Assembly: GCA_964014485.1 (NCBI GenBank)
Contig: CAXHAT010000007.1
Coordinates: forward strand, 11,928 to 75,927
Direction of reading: 5' to 3'
Length of the DNA: 64,000 nucleotides
DNA from: an uncultured Deferribacteres bacterium
Lineage (GTDB): Bacteria > Zhuqueibacterota > Zhuqueibacteria > Zhuqueibacterales > Geothermadaptataceae
In this document: positions 29,302 through 38,398 of the stretch, piece after piece
How positions within the stretch are numbered: the first letter of the stretch is position 1
How the letters are laid out: each line of letters starts with the position of its first letter
Made by a program: the position numbers and the translations under genes
Notes under the pieces: model-generated
What the model was told of the DNA's origin: nothing
Database searches by the model: none
The model's input: the letters and a program-made list of their open reading frames with translations, nothing else

Positions 29302-29490
29302 TCTTTCTCAACCTTTTGCCAGGACGACGCAAGACAAACAAACTGAAGTTTGAACTACAAACGACAGTGCATCCTTCGACTCCAAATGTAAAGCAAGCAC
29401 TGTGGTTTGTAGTTCAAGCTTTAGCTTGCTTTTGCTGGAGCCGCCGTCTATACCTTTTGAAATCAAAACCACGAAAAGTTTATGACTTTG
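29302..29490. mobile_element. Degenerate inverted copy of the shell C element
   Basis: REP doublet at 29339-29362 and 29405-29428. The right end AAATCAAAACCACGAAAAGTTTATGACTTTG resembles the reverse complement of the 14795 end. The left end is eroded. Confidence 0.65.
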
Positions 29491-29522
29491 CACTTCTCGG
29501 TAATAACTTCGAGAACAATTGC

Positions 29523-29545
29523 GTTCCCAAGTTCAACTTGGGAAC
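29523..29545. repeat. REP-like palindrome
   Basis: GTTCCCAAGTT-C-AACTTGGGAAC just downstream of lolC/E. Confidence 0.55.
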
Positions 29546-29557
29546 AAGCCTGTATCG

Positions 29558-30805
29558 CTATTTTTCTCTGATTGCGTCAATGGGATCGAGTTTGGCGGCT
29601 TTACGCGCCGGGTAAATCGTCGCGAACAAGCTCAGAAGAATGGCGGCGATAGAGACAATCACAAAATCGAACGGCAGCATTTTCACCGGCACGGCGTCTA
29701 CAATGTAAACGTCTCCGGGCAGCGAGAGCCACTTGAATTTGATCTGCGACCAGCAAACGAGATAGCCCAAAATCAACCCGCCCGCCGCACCAAACAATCC
29801 CGCGACGAGGCCTTGATACATAAAAATGCGTTGAATGCCTTTGCTCGTCGCGCCCATGCTTTTCAAAATGCCAATGTCCTGCCGTTTTTCCATTACCACC
29901 ATGATCAGCGAGCCGATGATATTGAACGTGGCGACCACGATAATCAGACTCAGGATGAAAAAAATCATCATGCGCTCGACTTCGATCCACGAAAACAAGT
30001 TGCGGTGCATGGAAAACCAGGTGCGAGCCCAGGTCGGGAAACCGATTTTGTCGTTCAATTCATCGGCGACTTCCTGCGCGTTATCAATGTCGTCGAGCTT
30101 GATTTGAATGCCGGAAATTTTGTCGGGCTTTTCGGTGAGTCTTTGACCGGACTTGATGCTGATGAAGGCGAACATGTTGTCGTAATCGAACAGCCCGGTT
30201 TCAAACAGCCCGGCGACGCGAAAGGTGTACCAGCGCGGCTGGGCGAGGGGGCCGCGCAGTTCCAAACCGGAAGCGATGAGCACTTGCACGCGCTGGGTCA
30301 GCGTCACGTCGAGTTTGTCCGCCAGCCAACGCCCGAGAACGATTCCCGGATAGGAGCGCTCGCCCTCGACCTCGATCATGCCGAGATTAAGCTCGCCCTT
30401 AACGATGTTGTCGGCCAGATTGGTTACGGTCGGCTCAAGCGCCGGATCAATGGCCTTGATCGAAATGAAATCCCGTCGCGCCGCCGAAGCCACCAGCGCT
30501 TTTTCTTCAATAAACGGCGCCGCGCCGATGACGTGCTCGACCGAATCGACGCGCGTAAGAATCTGCTCATAATTTTCCATGCCGCGGTCGTGAAACGTGC
30601 CGAGCTTCACGTGCGCGGCAAAACCGATGATGCTCGACCGCACCTGGTCTTCAAAGCCGTTCGCCACCGAAAGCGCAATCACCAACGCCGCCGTCCCGAT
30701 CATCACGCCAATCGTCGAAATATAATTGATAAGATTGATCGTAACGAAGTTGGTCTTCTGTTTTGATTTCAGATATTTCTTGGCGACAAAAAATTCAAAT
30801 GCCAT
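29558..30805 (-). CDS. lolC: LolC/LolE-family lipoprotein-releasing permease
   Basis: GVMIGTAALVIALSVANGF, EKRQDIGILKSMGA and YPARKAAKLDP. Confidence 0.88.
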   Translation of the reverse strand: MAFEFFVAKKYLKSKQKTNFVTINLINYISTIGVMIGTAALVIALSVANGFEDQVRSSIIGFAAHVKLGTFHDRGMENYEQILTRVDSVEHVIGAAPFIEEKALVASAARRDFISIKAIDPALEPTVTNLADNIVKGELNLGMIEVEGERSYPGIVLGRWLADKLDVTLTQRVQVLIASGLELRGPLAQPRWYTFRVAGLFETGLFDYDNMFAFISIKSGQRLTEKPDKISGIQIKLDDIDNAQEVADELNDKIGFPTWARTWFSMHRNLFSWIEVERMMIFFILSLIIVVATFNIIGSLIMVVMEKRQDIGILKSMGATSKGIQRIFMYQGLVAGLFGAAGGLILGYLVCWSQIKFKWLSLPGDVYIVDAVPVKMLPFDFVIVSIAAILLSLFATIYPARKAAKLDPIDAIREK

Positions 30806-31029
30806 ATCTTTTTTAGGCTCGTTCGATTACTTAATTTTCGCAGAATAAATTTCTGCCACTTTATTACAATCCGCCGTTATTGGCTATTTTGAATGGATGA
30901 TAAATAAAATATCCTTGAGAGAAACGAAGATACAAAAGCTGTAAGATAAGCCTGTTTCTCGATATTTACAACAACTGTCGCATTTTTGAGAACCATCGCC
31001 AAATATCTGATTTCTTTGCAAATTATTTA

Positions 31030-31062
31030 GCATAGAATTTCTACAGAATTATCTTTTAAATT
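31030..31062 (+). promoter_or_regulatory. Putative OmpR-type direct-repeat operator plus -10 box
   Basis: GCATAGAATTT-CTACAGAATT-6 nt-TAAATT; the same architecture occurs at 33110-33142. Confidence 0.6.
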
Positions 31063-31102
31063 TAACAGATTTTGAAACAAGTCCCTTAATTTCAGAAAAG
31101 TG

Positions 31103-31786
31103 ATGAAACTCCTTCTTGTTGAAGACAATTTGAACCTCGCTGAAGACATTCAGAAGTTCCTGATAAGTAATGGTTATCTCGTTGAACATGCGCCCACACT
31201 GCTTTCAGGAAGCGAGAAAATTGCAGTTTATTCGTATGACGCGATCATTCTTGACTTGGGCTTGCCGGACGGGAGCGGGCTGGAACTGATCAGCGAAGTG
31301 AAAGAAACAAATCCGGACACAGGCGTTCTTATCGTTACCGCCAGAAACGCCATCGAGGACAAGGTGAAAGGGCTGGAAATTGGCGCCGACGATTATATCA
31401 CAAAACCTTTCCACAAGGCGGAGCTCAACGCGCGTATTCGGTCCATCATTCGGCGCCGAAGCTCGCAGGGAAGGAATGTTCTCCAATTCAATGAAATCAG
31501 CATAGATTTGTTGGCGTCCCAAGCATTCCTTCACAACAAGCCTGTCACGCTGACACGCAAAGAATACGATCTGCTGCTGTATTTTTTGTATAACAAGAAT
31601 CGCGTGCTCACCAAAGAGAACATAACGGAGCACCTTTGGGGCGATCATATCGACCAAGCCGACAGTTTTGATTTCATTTATAACCATATCAAAAACTTGC
31701 GAAAAAAACTCTCAAACGGCGGCTGCAAAAATTATATCCACGCGATGTACGGCATGGGGTATCGTTTTTCTGAGCTCGGAAAATGA
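31103..31786 (+). CDS. OmpR-family response regulator
   Basis: LLVEDN, ILDLGLPDGSG, GADDYITKPF, LTRKEYDLL and GMGYRF. Confidence 0.95.
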   Translation: MKLLLVEDNLNLAEDIQKFLISNGYLVEHAPTLLSGSEKIAVYSYDAIILDLGLPDGSGLELISEVKETNPDTGVLIVTARNAIEDKVKGLEIGADDYITKPFHKAELNARIRSIIRRRSSQGRNVLQFNEISIDLLASQAFLHNKPVTLTRKEYDLLLYFLYNKNRVLTKENITEHLWGDHIDQADSFDFIYNHIKNLRKKLSNGGCKNYIHAMYGMGYRFSELGK

Positions 31787-33075
31787 AACGCTTTCGATCT
31801 ATGAGCCTACTCACAAAAACCACCCTGATTTATCTTTTCGGGACCTTGATCACTTTTTTCATCGTCGCTCTTTTTCTCACGCACGAAGCGGATAAATTCA
31901 TCAGAAATGAGCTTGCTTTACGGTTCGAAAAAGATGAGGGGAAAATGGTGCGACATATTGAAAAGGGCGGAGCGTTGGATGAACACGCACCGCTTCGTCA
32001 AGCCTATCTCCTTGAAGTCTCGCCGCATGATGTCACTCACGCAACCTATGCCGACACGGTTTTTATTCAAGCCGGAACAGAGCATCTACAGCATTTCCGT
32101 AAAAAAACGATGTTCAGAGAAATCGGCGGGCGGTTTTACCGGCTGGAAATCTTGAGTTCTATTGAAGAGTTTGAACGGTTCCGAGACGATATTTTTGGGT
32201 CGATTATCCCGGCGTTTGTCTTGCTGGCTCTTGGCATTGTTGGCTTCAACTTTCTGCTGTCCGGCTATCTGTTCCGTCCTTTTAACCGCATTCTTTCGCA
32301 AATGAAAAATTATCAGACCGGGCAAAGCGAAGGCGTTAAAATAGAGCCGACGACAACTCGCGAGTTCGTGAAAATGCAAGAGCTCTTTCACCGTATGCTT
32401 GCGCGCATAGACCGGGACTATCGTAACTTAAAAGAATACACCGAGAATATGGCGCACGAAATCCAGACGCCGCTCACCGTTCTGCTGAACAAAAGCGAAA
32501 ATTTGATTGCTGATGACGCCGTGATGGAAAAACATACGCACGACGTCAAGACAATTTACGATGAAGTCAACCATCTTTCCCGACTGGGAAACGCACTTAA
32601 CTTGCTCACCAAAATCGAAAATCGAGAATTCGACAAAGCCGGGGAGATACTGACTCAGCCAGTCATTAAACAACATGTTGCCTCCGTTCATGAACTTGCC
32701 GATCTCAAGTCAATGAAGATAGATTTGGATGTTGCTGATGATCATAGCCTGACCATTGATCCTTTTCTTCTCGACGTCATCATAAAAAATCTACTGAGAA
32801 ACGCCATCCGCTACGGCGACGTTGATAGCGTAATCACAATCGCTGCAACCGGCAATGTATTCTCGATAAGTAATGACGGGCCGCCGCTAAAAACAGCCGC
32901 CGAAAACCTCTTCGAGAGATTTTACCGAGATCGGCAGGCCGACGGTTCTTTGGGGCTTGGGCTGGCATTGGTGAAGAAAATATGCGATTTGAATGATCTG
33001 AAAATTGAATATCGATACAACAATGGACGGCACGTCTTTTCGATAATTAACGCCGGAATCGCCAAATCAGTTTAA
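31783..33075 (+). CDS. Sensor histidine kinase
   Basis: Two TM segments, H-box AHEIQTPL, N-box NLLRNAIRY and GLGLALVKKI. Confidence 0.94.
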   Translation: MKRFRSMSLLTKTTLIYLFGTLITFFIVALFLTHEADKFIRNELALRFEKDEGKMVRHIEKGGALDEHAPLRQAYLLEVSPHDVTHATYADTVFIQAGTEHLQHFRKKTMFREIGGRFYRLEILSSIEEFERFRDDIFGSIIPAFVLLALGIVGFNFLLSGYLFRPFNRILSQMKNYQTGQSEGVKIEPTTTREFVKMQELFHRMLARIDRDYRNLKEYTENMAHEIQTPLTVLLNKSENLIADDAVMEKHTHDVKTIYDEVNHLSRLGNALNLLTKIENREFDKAGEILTQPVIKQHVASVHELADLKSMKIDLDVADDHSLTIDPFLLDVIIKNLLRNAIRYGDVDSVITIAATGNVFSISNDGPPLKTAAENLFERFYRDRQADGSLGLGLALVKKICDLNDLKIEYRYNNGRHVFSIINAGIAKSV

Positions 33076-33109
33076 AGAAACGCACGTCTGCTTTTCCATA
33101 ATCACTCGT

Positions 33110-33142
33110 CTACAGATTTCCTACAGAATCATTGAGTATTAT
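33110..33142 (+). promoter_or_regulatory. Putative OmpR-type direct-repeat operator plus -10 box
   Basis: CTACAGATTTC-CTACAGAATC-6 nt-TATTAT, with an 11-bp repeat period. Confidence 0.65.
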
Positions 33143-33206
33143 CCAGGCGGCGGGAAATTAATTATCGACAAGCTAAAGTCTCTACATATTGAATTTTGGA
33201 AGCGTA

Positions 33207-35798
33207 ATGAACAAAAGATCGATTAAAGGAACAGGGTTCGCACCCGCGTCGCCGCTAGCGGTTGTCGCAGTCTTTTTAATAATTATTACGGAATTGACGA
33301 CAACTGTGCATTCAACTTTAGCGCAAGAAAAGTCGGTTTTCCTTGAGTCGCGTCCCGTACTATCGGCGCAGCCGCTCGAAACGTCGATCTCCATCGACGG
33401 TCGACTCGACGAAACGGCCTGGAACCAGGCTGAGATCGTCTCCGACTTCTTACAATCCGAGCCTGATGAAGGCGCTCCCGCCACACAGCGAACCGAGGTG
33501 CGCGTGCTTTATGGCGCAAATGACGTCTATTTGGGCGCATTGCTGCACGAAGACGATATTTCAAGAATCCAGTCAACGCTAGGCCGGCGTGATCAATTGA
33601 ATCGAGCAGACTGGTTCATCGTCTCCATCGATTCATACTTCGACCGGAAAACCGCCTATGTTTTCGCTGTGAACGCCGCGGGCGTGCAATATGACGCCAT
33701 ACGGGCGGGGGGAGGGCCTGGCGGAGGTTTGGATGAATCGTGGAACGCGATCTGGGGTTCGAGCGCGCAAGTTACGTCGGAAGGCTGGGTGGCGGAGATT
33801 CGTATTCCATACAGCATGCTTCGATTCGCCGGTGCGGAAACGCAAACATGGGGAATCCATTTTGAACGGCGCATACCGGAGCGCGGCGAGCAATCGCAAT
33901 GGCCGTTGGTGCGTCGAACAGAACGCTCGAACAGGGTGGCGCAGTACGGTCTATTGCAAGGGATTTCCGGCGTTAAGCCGAGGCGCAATATTCAGGTGCA
34001 ACCCTACACCGTTTCACGTTTGGAGAGTGAAGAGAACCCGGACTTCCCTGGTAATGGCCTGCGCAACACGGCCGGAGATTTTGGCGGAGATTTAAAAATC
34101 GGCCTCGGTTCAAACGTCACTTTAGATGCAACGATCAACCCCGATTTTGGTCAGGTTGACGCAGATCCCGCCGAGTTGAATTTAACGGCCTTCGAGACAT
34201 TTTTCGAAGAGCGCCGCCCGTTTTTTGTCGAAGGCGTTCAAATTTATGACTTCAGCCTCGGGCGCGGCAGGGACTTGCTCTATACCCGACGGATCGGCGC
34301 TGAAGCGCCCATTATTGGCGCCGCGAAACTTTCAGGACGGACGGCAAGCGGCCTCTCATTCGGCGTATTCGGAGCTGCAACAGGCAACAATTTTGACCCG
34401 GAGCGCCTTTTCGGCGTTGCCAGGCTAAGTCGACAGATTCATTCCTATTCTTCGTTTGGAGGCATTATCACCGGGTTTGACAGCCCGGAAGAAGAAGGGG
34501 GGCGCCTTCGTAGTCTAACCGGCGGCTCCGATTGGGATTTTCGTTTCCGGAACAACACGTACAGCCTGCGCGGCTACGCGACTTTCTCCCACAGAAAACA
34601 AACGTTGGGCGACTTGAATGAAACAGGCCTTGCAGCCTCTCTTCGCGCCGCGAGGCAACGAGGCGTACTAAAATACGACTTCACGGCGACCCTGTTTGAC
34701 GATAAGTTCAATCCAAACGAAATTGGCCGTTTGCGGCGCAATAATTTTATAAGCTTTGAAGCCGACCTGGACTATGAAGTTAACAGAGGTCAGTCCTTTG
34801 GGCCTTTTCAACGCGGGTCATTGAGTATTGACACAGGTCAACAATGGTCGTATCAAGATCGTCTGAATCTTGGGGCTGAATTTGGGCTGCGCTCACGATG
34901 GACGCTTCGCAGCTTTCAACGCATCGAACTTGACGCTTCCGTGGAAAATGTTTTCGGCGGATATGATCTTTTCGAGACAAGGGGATTGAGTCCTCGCGCG
35001 CAGCCGACGGCCTTTGAAGTGAGCGGGGAGTTTCAGACGGATGATCGCCGAAGCTGGCAAATAGAGCCCGGAGTTAACGTTACGTTTCAAGAAGACGGCG
35101 GCAGAGAATACGCACTTGATCTCAGGACAAATTGGAATGTCGGTTCTCGTTTAAGTCTAACGGGCGACATTGGCGCCGAGTGGGAAAACAACGTGATCGC
35201 TTGGTCATCGAACGAATCGTTTGCACGCGCTCAGGACGGATGGCTGATCGGTTTGAGCGGAGACTCCCCGGATGAGTTAGAAGCGGGCGACTATGCTCCT
35301 TTCGACGATCAGGGTGATCTTGACGCTTTACTTGCCCGCATGGAGCCATTCGACGATGAGGGGCGATACTACACCCCGATTTTCGGCACGCGAGATACGC
35401 GTTCTATGGACTTTACGCTGCGCAGCAGCATCACGTTTACGCGCAAGCTTTCGGTTCAGGTCTATGGTCAACTATTCGTCGCAAGAGGCCGCTACAACGA
35501 TTTTCAAATCCTGCAAGACCGCGACACGCTCGTCCCGTTTGACGCTTTCCCCAAGCGTGACGATTTTTCCTTTAGCAGCTTTCAAACCAATACTGTTTTG
35601 CGCTGGGAATATCGCCCCGGTTCAACGCTTTTTCTCGTCTGGACGCAAGGTCGTCGCGCGGAAGATGAGCTTAACCCGTTGGCGCCTTGGGGCGCGTCTC
35701 CCTATGATACGCCGCTCGATACGCAGATCGGCGACGCTTTCGACGTTTTCCCGAATAATGTTTTCTTGCTAAAGTTGGATTATACGTTTATTCGCTAA
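33207..35798 (+). CDS. CBM9-like + DUF5916 outer-membrane protein
   Basis: IDGRLDETAW, GWVAEIRIPYSMLRF, LDATINPDFGQVDAD and FFEERRPFFVEG; C-terminal beta-strand FLLKLDYTF. Confidence 0.82.
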   Translation: MNKRSIKGTGFAPASPLAVVAVFLIIITELTTTVHSTLAQEKSVFLESRPVLSAQPLETSISIDGRLDETAWNQAEIVSDFLQSEPDEGAPATQRTEVRVLYGANDVYLGALLHEDDISRIQSTLGRRDQLNRADWFIVSIDSYFDRKTAYVFAVNAAGVQYDAIRAGGGPGGGLDESWNAIWGSSAQVTSEGWVAEIRIPYSMLRFAGAETQTWGIHFERRIPERGEQSQWPLVRRTERSNRVAQYGLLQGISGVKPRRNIQVQPYTVSRLESEENPDFPGNGLRNTAGDFGGDLKIGLGSNVTLDATINPDFGQVDADPAELNLTAFETFFEERRPFFVEGVQIYDFSLGRGRDLLYTRRIGAEAPIIGAAKLSGRTASGLSFGVFGAATGNNFDPERLFGVARLSRQIHSYSSFGGIITGFDSPEEEGGRLRSLTGGSDWDFRFRNNTYSLRGYATFSHRKQTLGDLNETGLAASLRAARQRGVLKYDFTATLFDDKFNPNEIGRLRRNNFISFEADLDYEVNRGQSFGPFQRGSLSIDTGQQWSYQDRLNLGAEFGLRSRWTLRSFQRIELDASVENVFGGYDLFETRGLSPRAQPTAFEVSGEFQTDDRRSWQIEPGVNVTFQEDGGREYALDLRTNWNVGSRLSLTGDIGAEWENNVIAWSSNESFARAQDGWLIGLSGDSPDELEAGDYAPFDDQGDLDALLARMEPFDDEGRYYTPIFGTRDTRSMDFTLRSSITFTRKLSVQVYGQLFVARGRYNDFQILQDRDTLVPFDAFPKRDDFSFSSFQTNTVLRWEYRPGSTLFLVWTQGRRAEDELNPLAPWGASPYDTPLDTQIGDAFDVFPNNVFLLKLDYTFIR

Positions 35799-35872
35799 AT
35801 GGAGAATGAAACAAGAGCGACGCGGTTCGATGCACGTCGCAACTTCCCGTCTTTAACCTTGAGGAGAGTGAG

Positions 35873-36760
35873 ATGAAAAAGATTAGAAATGAAGACCTGG
35901 GCCAGGAGGTGTTCGACCTTTTCGACCGCTACGTCCACAGCGGGATTAGTCGTCGCGAATTTATGGAGAAGGTCTCAAAATATGCGATCGGCGGCCTGAC
36001 GGCAGCGGCGATTTACGACTACTTGTCGCCCAAATATGTCGAAGCGCAACAAGTGAAAGCGCAGGATCCGCGTTTAAATTCCGAGTACGTCGAGTATGAT
36101 TCGCCAAAAGGCGGCGGAAAAATTCGCGGACTGCTGTCGCGACCGAAGGATAACAAGAAAAAACTCCCCGGCATTGTCGTCGTTCATGAAAATCGCGGAC
36201 TAAACCCGCACATTGAAGATGTATCACGCAGGGCGGGTCTGGCGGGATTTATCGCTCTCGCACCGGACGCCCTCACGCCGCTCGGCGGTTATCCCGGCAA
36301 CGATGACGACGGCAGAACGATGCAGCGCAAGCGAGATCGCGGCGAAATGCTGGAAGATTTTATTGCTGCTTTCGAGTATCTCAAAAAGCATTCGGAATGC
36401 AGCGGTAAAGTCGGCGTGGTGGGTTTTTGCTTTGGCGGCTGGATTTCCAATATGATGGCCGTGCGCGTGCCGGATTTATTGGCGGCAGTTCCGTTCTACG
36501 GTGGTCAGCCTTCGGCGGAGGACGTTCCGAAAATTAAAGTGCCGTTGCTGCTTCATTTTGCCGAATTGGACAGGCGCGTCAACGCCGGTTGGCCGGATTA
36601 CGAAAAAGCCTTGAAGGAACACAAGAAAGAATACACGGCGCACATCTACCCGGCCGCCAATCATGGCTTCCACAATGACACCACGCCGCGTTTTGACAAG
36701 GACGCCGCCAAGCTCGCCTGGGAGCGGACCGTCACATTTTTCAAGGAAAAGCTACAATAG
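35873..36760 (+). CDS. Dienelactone hydrolase family protein (YghX-like)
   Basis: SRREF motif, [19 protein letters not shown] and [11 protein letters not shown]. Confidence 0.92.
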   Translation: MKKIRNEDLGQEVFDLFDRYVHSGISRREFMEKVSKYAIGGLTAAAIYDYLSPKYVEAQQVKAQDPRLNSEYVEYDSPKGGGKIRGLLSRPKDNKKKLPGIVVVHENRGLNPHIEDVSRRAGLAGFIALAPDALTPLGGYPGNDDDGRTMQRKRDRGEMLEDFIAAFEYLKKHSECSGKVGVVGFCFGGWISNMMAVRVPDLLAAVPFYGGQPSAEDVPKIKVPLLLHFAELDRRVNAGWPDYEKALKEHKKEYTAHIYPAANHGFHNDTTPRFDKDAAKLAWERTVTFFKEKLQ

Positions 36761-36792
36761 TTGTTCTTGGGCAACGACTTTTTCAAGAACGA

Positions 36793-37602
36793 CTACCTAA
36801 GCTGAGAGAATTTCAGCACATTAAGAATAATGTGTAAGTCTTCAATTTTGTTGAGTCTACTTTGGTCAACGCCCCCATTCTTGTCTACAATATTAGTCCA
36901 AAAATTCAGAGCTGGTTTGAATTTAGTTCGCTCAGATTCATCAAGTAATTGCAAGCAAAAATCATTGTAATTGGCTAACCGTTTCTGTTCTTGATTGAAC
37001 ATAAAATCTCCAAGTGAATCGTGCAAACTAAAAGGGATGCCATGTTCTAGTGCAATACTTACCCGCATACTTCGAGTAAGGTCGTAAATGTCGAAAGTAT
37101 CACCAGTCAATCGACGAACGTATTTGTGCTCCTTTGCAAGTTCTTGATAGGCAATTCTTTCCTTATCACCAACTTTACTGACATCTAACGTCATGAAAGG
37201 CTGTTCATGCTGAATTCGCTTCAGCCAATAAAAGAATATGCAGTTAAGGTAAACAGTTGATGTGATGTAATATCCGCCCAATTCATCGACTGAATCACTG
37301 TAGAACCATTCTAAATTTCTTGTTTCAAAGTCATGACTCATTCGCGTAATCATATTTTTCCGTTTCTCTGAGGTTTCGGGTTCATGAATAAGTCGCCTTC
37401 GAATGTGGTTTAATCTGCCGCGAAATTCATCAGCGTTGTGTTTAAAAGGATGAAAATAATCATGCTTCTGCTGAATGTTTATCTGGATATCAGCCTTAGC
37501 CCGCTCCTTTCCCAATTCCATTTTGGTTTTCTGCTGCGCAGTAAGATAGGCTACTAGAATGGATATGATACCGCTAATGACCACGGCGAGAATCGGATCC
37601 AT
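36793..37602 (-). CDS. Hypothetical protein with N-terminal TM helix, AT-rich gene
   Basis: 269-aa ORF with a hydrophobic N-terminus, visibly more AT-rich than its neighbours. Confidence 0.7.
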   Translation of the reverse strand: MDPILAVVISGIISILVAYLTAQQKTKMELGKERAKADIQINIQQKHDYFHPFKHNADEFRGRLNHIRRRLIHEPETSEKRKNMITRMSHDFETRNLEWFYSDSVDELGGYYITSTVYLNCIFFYWLKRIQHEQPFMTLDVSKVGDKERIAYQELAKEHKYVRRLTGDTFDIYDLTRSMRVSIALEHGIPFSLHDSLGDFMFNQEQKRLANYNDFCLQLLDESERTKFKPALNFWTNIVDKNGGVDQSRLNKIEDLHIILNVLKFSQLR

Positions 37603-37636
37603 ACATCCGTCCTATTCAAAAGTCTTTTTCAAAATT

Positions 37637-38275
37637 TTACAACGATAGCTGCGGTTCCAGAAGCACTACTTCAAACAATTTCAGAAAAATACCGACATGT
37701 ATGCCGTCCACTAGCGCATGATGCACTTCCACGGAAACCGGCATTTTCATGCGGCCTTCTTTTTTGGCGTATTTCCCAAAGGCGATTCTTGGGATTGAGT
37801 CTTTTGTACCGAACTTTTTCGCATGTTTAAAACTGGTAAAGCTCATCCAGGGAAGCACGGTGTAATAAATTACGTCGGTTTTGTCGTCTTGCGAAGCGAG
37901 CGGTTGTTTTTCCGTTTTGAATTGGTGTAAAAGTTCTTCCGCCTCTCGGTAAAATTCCGAGAAATCTTCCCAAAATTGAAAATAGCAAAAACCGAACGAT
38001 TTGTCTTCGTGCAGCACCGTGGACGCCGGATGAATCCGATCATGCACCAGCACTTTATCGTCGTGCAAGCGATAGCGGAATTCCTTCACCTTGTTTGCCG
38101 CTTTAGTCGCGAGATAAAGCGTGGTTAGGAAAAACGAAAATCCGCGCTCACGGGTGAATTTCAGCGTTTCCGTCACATCCACTTCAGCGCAGATATTGAA
38201 AAAGGGATCGTCAAAATCTTTGAAAAAATGAAAATGATCCTTGCGCTCCCAGCGCTCAATGTTCAAATATTCCAC
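37637..38275 (-). CDS. CatA-like (chloramphenicol) O-acetyltransferase family
   Basis: WERKDHFHFF, LPWMSFTSF, PRIAFGKY and catalytic VHHALVDGIH. Confidence 0.88.
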   Translation of the reverse strand: MEYLNIERWERKDHFHFFKDFDDPFFNICAEVDVTETLKFTRERGFSFFLTTLYLATKAANKVKEFRYRLHDDKVLVHDRIHPASTVLHEDKSFGFCYFQFWEDFSEFYREAEELLHQFKTEKQPLASQDDKTDVIYYTVLPWMSFTSFKHAKKFGTKDSIPRIAFGKYAKKEGRMKMPVSVEVHHALVDGIHVGIFLKLFEVVLLEPQLSL

Positions 38276-38298
38276 TGGCGTTCAAAAGTCAAACATCG

Positions 38299-38398
38299 TG
38301 GAGTATTGGAATACTGGATTGTTGGAGTAATCGGGGAAAAGGGCCATGACCCCAGAGTTTCAATAATCCACGATTCCAATATTCCATAACTCCAATCA
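38299..38398. repeat. Inverted pair of octamer tandem arrays
   Basis: TGGAGTAT TGGAATAC TGGATTGT TGGAGTAA ... TCCACGAT TCCAATAT TCCATAAC TCCAATCA. Confidence 0.75.

Noticed and set aside
7424..38275. Beta-lactamase-like and cat-like genes as a resistance island
   Set aside because: They are far apart, have no mobile context, and both families contain many enzymes unrelated to resistance.
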